NCBI RefSeq assembly: GCF_009914755.1
Contig: NC_060931.1
Direction: 5' to 3' (one strand)
Source of the DNA: the human T2T-CHM13v2.0 reference genome, Homo sapiens
DNA length: 64,000 bases
The number at the start of each line of letters is the position of its first letter. Position 1 is the first letter of the stretch. A program made the translations under genes and the position numbers. Shown here in pieces: positions 56,721-64,000 of this stretch. The notes under the pieces are model-generated. The model made no database searches and was not told where the DNA came from. It saw only the letters and a list, made by a program, of their open reading frames with translations.

Positions 56721-57537
56721 GAGGTTGAACAGGAGAACAAAGCCCTGGTTCCACAGCAGAAAGACTAACTGAACTCCCAGCTGGGAAGGTTTAGGCAGAG
56801 ATTTATAAGTACAAACACTGAAGAAATTTGCAAGTAATTGCATGTATTTGCTTTCCGTTGTGGGATGCAGTAAACCAGTATTTATTAAAATGCATCGGCG
56901 AGGTACTGTTTATTACCCCCTCTCCTTGATGTCTTGTAGAGGGGAATAAAGTGCTTGGTTCTTTTCATTTCTTTAAATTAAGGGGGCAAAACAGTATTTC
57001 AAAGAATATAAGGAAGAAGCTGAAATTAGACATATACTCTGAATGGCTACTGCCTCTTACTTAACTTGGAATTGGTGCATGAACATGGCTCCAGATATGC
57101 TGTTCTGATTTAATCTTGTAAAGCTTAACTTTTTTTCTACATTCATAAGTTTCCATGAATCCAGTATTTGGGGATCAACAATTATCATTTTCTCCCATAG
57201 AATTTCTGTTATTATTCTTGGATTGCCGCCTGCAAACCTGAGTGCTAAATAGGCACATGTTCATGGGATATAAAATGACAGGCTCAGAAAGTTACAGCTT
57301 AATAAGAGAATGACTTAAACAAACCACCACCAAAAAGAGATATTATGTTCACTGGCTCCTGCATCTAAATTCCTGTGCCATCAGCTACTTTGGGTTTTAA
57401 TTTGCCAATGACAAAAGGTCAGAAGAAACCAGACAGACGACTCTCTTTCCCTCTTCGACTTGAATCACACCTCCCCACCTGCCTCAGTGTTCCCCTCTTA
57501 ATGACAGACCCAAATTGTTCTACGTAATACTCCTTAA

Positions 57538-57728
57538 CACAATGGTCTCAAACTTTCGCTGCATCAGCTTTGCCTAAAGAGCTTGTTAACACAGATTGCT
57601 GGGTCCCAGCCCAAGAGTTTCTGATTCAGTAAGACAGAGAAGGTGCACAAGAAGTGCCATTTCTAACAAGTTCCCTGGGGATGCAGATGCTGCGTGTCCT
57701 GGGACCACATGTTGATAAATGCTGGTCT
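57538..57728. mobile_element. MER5A DNA transposon
   Basis: tggtctcaaacttt...gcttgttaacacagattgctggg...gagtttctgattcagta...catttctaacaagttccc.ggggatgc.gatgctgc. Confidence 0.8.
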
Positions 57729-60155
57729 AGAAAGCAAATAGGCAAAAGTTTGGTGCAGTGAAGGTAAGCGGTACCTACTGCCCCTGCCCCCAAAATAGCA
57801 AATAACAGAAACGAAATACCAATGTATGTTATTTTAGTCAACAATTGTTAATTGCAACCTGCTTAAATATATGGCTGACAACATTATCTCCATGTAGAAT
57901 TCCCAAGCCCCTGCCCTCTCTTCCACATTGGTCTTTGCCTACTTTTCCTTCCATCTGATGTCCCTTAAGGATCTGGATGGGTGCACCAAACTGGGGAGTG
58001 ACAGCTTCCAGTTTGTATGTCTGCTCTTCTTAGAAATGCAGGATCCTCATGTCCCCACCTCCTCCCCCTCCATCAGGAGTGCACCCACCTAAGCAGTAGG
58101 CACCCATTGAATACCAGCTGCTATTGTTTTAAATCAGAATAAAACCAGAGAGCAGTAACAGAAGCTAGTGTGTGCTTCTCTGTCCCTCAGCACAGCAACT
58201 CTGGTTATCTTAAGTTCAGCATTGGTAATAAATAAGCCCCAGATCTTAAAATTAAAAGGTACCAAGTAGCCACAACAAGTGGAAGGTTTCTGAGACTGGC
58301 AACAGAGATGGCAGCCAATCCCCTCTCCCCTTGGCTTGAGGGCCATTACCTCCCAGGCTTCCACACCTGTAACTTTAAATCAGAGAACATGCAAACAAGT
58401 TATCTCCCAATGTCTGTGACATGAAGACAAATGAATTAGAGACCCTAGAGGAATATTAAAATGAAAAATGCTATTTGATAAAAATAAGCCAGACCAGGAA
58501 ATCAGATAGCATGCTTATATATATTAATATATGTCATATATTATATATAATTTATATTTTATATATATGTATTTTATTGAAAAAGTCCTAGCTTTCACAC
58601 AGTCTTTCCAGTTATAAAACCCTCACCTCCTAATCACATAAAATCAGATTTTTTATGATTTTTATTAGAGAAGAACCATGAGGTCTGTAGGTATAACCAC
58701 AAATTGGCCAGAAGTGATATTGTTGGAACAGGAAACTAGACTGTTCTGTGCCTCAGGTATTCAAACTTCAATCACTTAAGAGAGAGAAGAGCTTCATACC
58801 AATATGGGCTCTCATGACAAAGTGCATATAGGATGTCAATGTCTGGATCCAGATGCTCGACCCTCATACAATCATCTGAAGCAGGTACTTGGTGTCAGGA
58901 AGGAAGCTGAGGGGTTAAGTGACTTACACAAGTCAGCCAGCAAAGGGCTGAGACTAGAATCCTGTCCTTTCTAATTCCAAAATCACATCTGATTTTCCTC
59001 CAAGAAACCAAGTCACCAGCACCTATCTTTTCTTTATTAAAAGCATGTGCAAGTCAAGTATATTCTAAAAGATAATCAGCTCGTAAAACTGAATAAGGAA
59101 AACCAGCTGTAGTAATCCCCTCTGTACCAAATGCTGAATCAGAAAAGACACCTAGCTTTCTGATAATCAGATTTTCCTAGAGCCTGAACAGGGTGAAAAG
59201 TTATTGAATGCAGAATATTTTTACTAGAACACGCAAGAGTGTCTTTTAGACCTTACGATCAAAATGTCCAAAAGGATAAATCTGAATATTAATTACAAAA
59301 CTTGTACTACTTCAAACTTTTTATTATATTCTACACCTCTACTGTTTTCTTATGGTTATCACAAGTGCTAACAAAATATTAGCATTCATATCGGTAAAAT
59401 CAATTGGCAAGTCCATTATCGACATTTATTTCAAATGCGTATGTCTGAAGTATGTGTTACTCATCCCTTAAATTAACATCTTCCACTTTGATGGGACAAT
59501 TGGACAGACCAGGCCAACACTTTTTTCACCAGTAATTAGTAACTCTATTTTCACATTTCCGGAGAGAGAATTACACTCAACCAACATTTCTACATCCTGA
59601 ATCTGCTAATCTCAGCAATAAGACCTTCCTTTAAAAGACATGCAGTGTCTTGACCAAAGAGTAATGATAGAAAACTAATTCACAAACTTGGTGGTTTTTC
59701 TAGCAAATGAGAGCAGTTTCATATTTAGTAAAGTCTATATTTTTGTTGACAGTACACACCAAAATACATACGCATTAAAATGCATACAAGGGTGTATATA
59801 TTTCTATTTCCTAAAAGGAAATTCAGAGATACAAAAACGTAATTATACAAATTATCCTTACTTCTTGTTGTTAATTCAGTTTAGGCACAACACTTGAGAA
59901 ATAAATAAAAATTCTCCATAGCATAAAATAACTGGTATTCCATCTTTACTTATTGGGGAAAGTACTAAATTGATGTCATCATAAATATTCAATTTTATTT
60001 TTAAGTAATTACCAAAAGTAAAGTGTAATTCAAAGAATGGTCTGATGTGCCACAACTAGCTGTGCAAATGTACAGGATCTTTTTAAGACGGAAAATGTAA
60101 GTGCTTACCAACTGGGAACTTGAAGAAATTGAGATTGACATCTGACCTTTAAAAG

Positions 60156-60270
60156 CAGTGGTTCTCACACTTCATTGTTTAAAAACTTGTTAAAAACACA
60201 GAACCTAAGATCCAGTTCTCAGGAATTCTGATTCAGGAGTCTGGCACGAAGCCAAGATGCTACATGGTCA
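60156..60270. mobile_element. MER5-family fragment
   Basis: cagtggttctcacactt...cttgttaaaaacacaga...attctgattcaggagtctgg. Confidence 0.6.
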
Positions 60271-61689
60271 CACCAAGATTCGCAAGGTTGGTTCTGTTAC
60301 TACAGTTTAAAGAGTCACCTTCAGAGGCAAGGCCCCTGATGCCCACCGAGTCATCATTCTGCTTTGTTCGACTCTCCCACCGCAGCTGCCTCTCCCCACT
60401 GTCTTGTCTTGCCTTCCATTATTTACTCACTCATGGGTGGAGAGGAGTTACCCTTAAAATAGACCATCTCAAAAGGTGATTTTCCTTTTGATAACTGTCA
60501 ATCAATGTAAACACACCACAAAACAATCCTTTGCAGAAGTTTAGAAGCCAAACACATGCTTATCTGTAGAATGTCAGGTGGCCTATATGACTATGTCTTT
60601 TTCCCTGACTAAACTGACTACAGGAGCTTAGCTTGTTTCTGCTGTTATTTTAAAGATTATTTCAAATTTGTAAAGAGTCTGACCTGCAGAAAATGTGGAC
60701 GACACTTATTGTGGGACTGTGTACCAGTTATGGTACTCGTTTTAATTCTAAGTGCTCCTCTTCCTACAGAACCAAACCAACACCGGAGAAGCTGAGCAAA
60801 TGCAGTCAGTTGGATGTGAATTACCTTTTAGTTGCTGACAACAGAAAGTTACCCTGAACCACTGACCAAGGGATGAAAAGCGTCCGTGTACTATTAGTAA
60901 TTCTCAGAATCATCTCTGTCCCCAACCAAGTATGGAAAGCCAAGTACAGTATCATGGAACCAAATTCAAATGCTGGTCTCAAAGTTCCCGACTTGCTTGC
61001 CTTCAAGTGCCACTTGAGAGATTTTAAATGACAGTGAAATGCTTTGTTCAACTAAAAATTCAAAGTGTCGGGACAAAGTTTATTTCTGAGACTCAAGAGA
61101 TAGTTTTTGCTTTAGTTGTTGCCATTGGTGCTGCTGTGTGTGTGAAAAAAGTCAGAAATAAAATCTGCCACTTTTCTTTTCCTAGATGATGGTATTTAAA
61201 ATAGCAAGTCTAATAAAATCTAGCGGTTTGATTTGCTCGCTCAAAGAATGTATTTTTAAGATGAAGTGTTCCAGGTAGATGCAAGTTATGCAGATAGATA
61301 TTTCATAAAGACAATGGGTCAAAAGAACTCAACAATCCCTTCTACAGCCAAGCTACAGCAGATTTTCTTTCAAAAAAGGGACACAGTTGACAGAGAATAG
61401 AGTGAGGAAGTGGAAGCTGACAATTTAGTGCTAACGGTATTGCTCGCACAATAGCAAAAACACAACAAGAGTCAGCAAAGGGTGCTGCATGCTTACAGTC
61501 CTCACGCTAACAAGTATTTGTAAGTACCAACAACTTGGAGAGGTAAGGGGAAAGAAAAGCCTGCCATGGTGCCTTGTACAGGTGGCGCCAAGGTCCCTGT
61601 CTGGGCCCTTGGACAAAACCATCTCATGTAAACCTTAAAGAGGATTAATCCTCAAGGAGCACTGTAATGAGACCTTAAAAGGCTGAACA

Positions 61690-61900
61690 ACAGCAGCAGA
61701 CCACGGAGGAAGGCAGTCATCTGCTCCCCCAAGTCTTGCTAGCAGAGTTACATCAAAGCAAACGGGCAGCAGATAGCAGGCTTCCACGGCAATCCCTTAT
61801 CTCGGCTCCAGCGGACACCACTACTGTGATTGTCTTGAACTGCCACCTGTCCCAGGCATCTTTGAAGGCAACGCTAAGCCTCTGATGGATCTGACCTCCT
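61690..61900. promoter_or_regulatory. Candidate Wnt/TCF-responsive enhancer
   Basis: ACATCAAAG (61750-61758), CTTTGAA (61860-61866), GATA sites (61771-61776, 61796-61802), PBX-HOX TGATGGAT (61883-61890), retained CpGs. Confidence 0.45.
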
Positions 61901-62921
61901 TGAGCTGAGATCCTTTTATGTCTTTCTTCATTTTCTGCCCTGCGACATTCTTCCCCTGCCATGCACACGACATGAAACAAAGGGAGTTCTCACTCCTGAC
62001 TCACTGTCCCCAGCCATTTGAGAGCAAAGAAAAACAATGTTCAGGATTATACTCTGCCCATAATACAGAGCTGTCCTCAGGAGACAAGCCTCTTATTTTT
62101 GAGGGTATAACTATAGACGGCATTTACGTGCAAACTCTGTACAATGGGGTTCGATGGAGCTGGGCGCCAAGATAGGAAAGCTGCATGTCTGAGATAACTC
62201 AAAAACACAAGGAATGATCATACAGAACTCGATTAATAAAATCACATATTTTCACAGGAGGAATACAAATATAAATACTGAAATATTAAAACTTACTTAC
62301 AAAATCACTGCACATTGGGGCTTGAAAAAACAGCAGCACACAAATATCCTTAAACCTGGTTCAACTTAAAAGGAATTTTTTTAAAAAAATGAGAGAGAAA
62401 AATATTTAAAACACACATATACTGCAGGTGAGAAAAGTTTGAAACCTGAATGGTAAAACAGTTCCCTCTGAGACCTTTCTAAGAGGCTAGAGGTACTGAC
62501 TTTTCCAAATCATACCAGGAGAAAGGGTAGTGCCTGTGTTTCTCTGAAAAGTTCTGACATTTGAGGAGAAGGAAAACTGCTGTGATCAAATTCATTCAAC
62601 ACAAGACTTCTCAACATCCACTTATTCTGTCACACAAGTCTGTCTGCACACATTGCTTTAACAACGCTCACCTATATGACTATTTCTCATACTGAGTGAA
62701 ATTGTAACATGCCTCAGCAAGTGATCTAGAGTGGTATGATTTTAATACTTTGCCTCATTTCATTAAAGATTTCAGCCAGCATACAAGAATTCACAAGGTA
62801 GAAAATGCTAACTAAAGAAAAATCTGATCAGAGAACAGTTTAGATGATCAAGACCTAGAGAAAGTTAAGAGAGAATATGCAGGCCGCAATCCAATAGAGT
62901 TGGAATAACTGAGCAGCTAAT

Positions 62922-62960
62922 AATCTGAGTTTCCTGGAAACAACAATCTGAGTTTCCTGG
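62922..62960 (+). repeat. Short direct duplication (16 bp, period 23)
   Basis: AATCTGAGTTTCCTGG at 62922-62937 and 62945-62960. Confidence 0.9.
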
Positions 62961-64000
62961 TAAGCAATGAGTAAAGGAAACCAAAATCAGCCATATGATA
63001 TATCCTGCAAGAAGTCACATAACCACACTATCTTATATCATGGTCTTGTGTTTTATCTGCACAGTATTTAAAATTTTCAGAAAAGTATACACCTCACTTG
63101 ACATAGACCAGCAATTCTATAGCTACCATGACAACATTCTTCTACTCTGGGCTTTGGTCTGGGTTCCAAAACCCACTTATTAGAAGAGGGTCAGCCTAAA
63201 GGGCTGGGAAGCTGTGGCCTTCCTGTTTCTGGATTACAGGGCTGTCTCCAGCCCAAAAGAGTGAGAACCCCAGAGAAAAACCCAATGACGAGCGTCAGTC
63301 CACAGCCAGCCCCTGAACCATCTACACTTTACACTCCCACACTCGATATGGCCTCCTCAACTCTGGGGCTATTCCAGCTCTTTCAGTTTGGATTTTTTTA
63401 GCTTTCAGTTTTTCACCAGCTTTCAACCACACAGTCTTGTTCTCTGAATGACAGCCTATCTTCCCACTTCTGACATGGCTCTTGATTGCAGGCACTCCTT
63501 CTGGTAACAAGCCTTTTTAACTTCGGCCAGAGAGGCCCAGCAGTAAGCGGACCTCAGAGCTGATCCCAGGCTTGCAGTAGACAAACTGCCTCATGCTCTT
63601 CTATCCAAGCTGGGATAAAGATGTTTTTCTCTGACACCACAGCCCATTACACATTTTTCAGAGATGCATGATTTGAAAAAGAAACACACTGGCATGTACT
63701 TCATGTGAGGTGGGCAGCATGTATTTGAAGCTCATAAATCTACCCACTTCCCTCTTCTCAATGAGATCTGACTTGCAAAACTGTTTGCAGACTGTGGTGC
63801 CTTTAAACAGCACACATGCATCCCCATGATTCACTATGCCCATTTCTTAGACAGGGCCAGTTTCTATGAGGGAATAGCCTATTTCAATACAGTGCCAACT
63901 TAAAATATTTAAACTCCAGTAGTGTTTGGGACAGACTGAAAATAACTTTTCCAATTTTAAAGCAACCTAAGTTTTACAGCGTATTTTTATTTCTCCAAGT

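Overview
Hominid (human-like) genomic DNA lying entirely inside the GLI3 gene, which runs on the minus strand. The only supported protein-coding sequence is one 106-nt internal exon (13079-13184, minus strand; [36 protein letters not shown], the canonical GLI3 exon 4). Positions 1-13078 are the downstream intron and 13185-64000 the large upstream intron. The introns hold a full-length HMGN2 processed pseudogene with a 15-bp target-site duplication (TSD), twelve Alus, L1/L2/MIR fragments, three MLT1 LTRs, Tigger3/MER58/MER5 DNA transposons and several repeat-free, motif-dense enhancer candidates. I found no new multi-gene system and no bacterial-type feature. The most notable signals are local: (1) a young L1PA insertion inside an Alu tail carrying a 48-bp 3' transduction of old L1 ORF2 sequence; (2) a candidate alternative terminal exon (HLLWRIQ*, then AATAAA) that would truncate GLI3 before its zinc fingers; (3) a head-to-head Alu pair with deletions clustered at its centre; (4) a 188-bp non-TE direct duplication; (5) a cluster of hairpins in an enhancer-like block; (6) a template-switch palindrome; (7) a trimeric Alu. 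Repeat names and boundaries were assigned by eye from remembered consensus sequences and are approximate unless a TSD is quoted.
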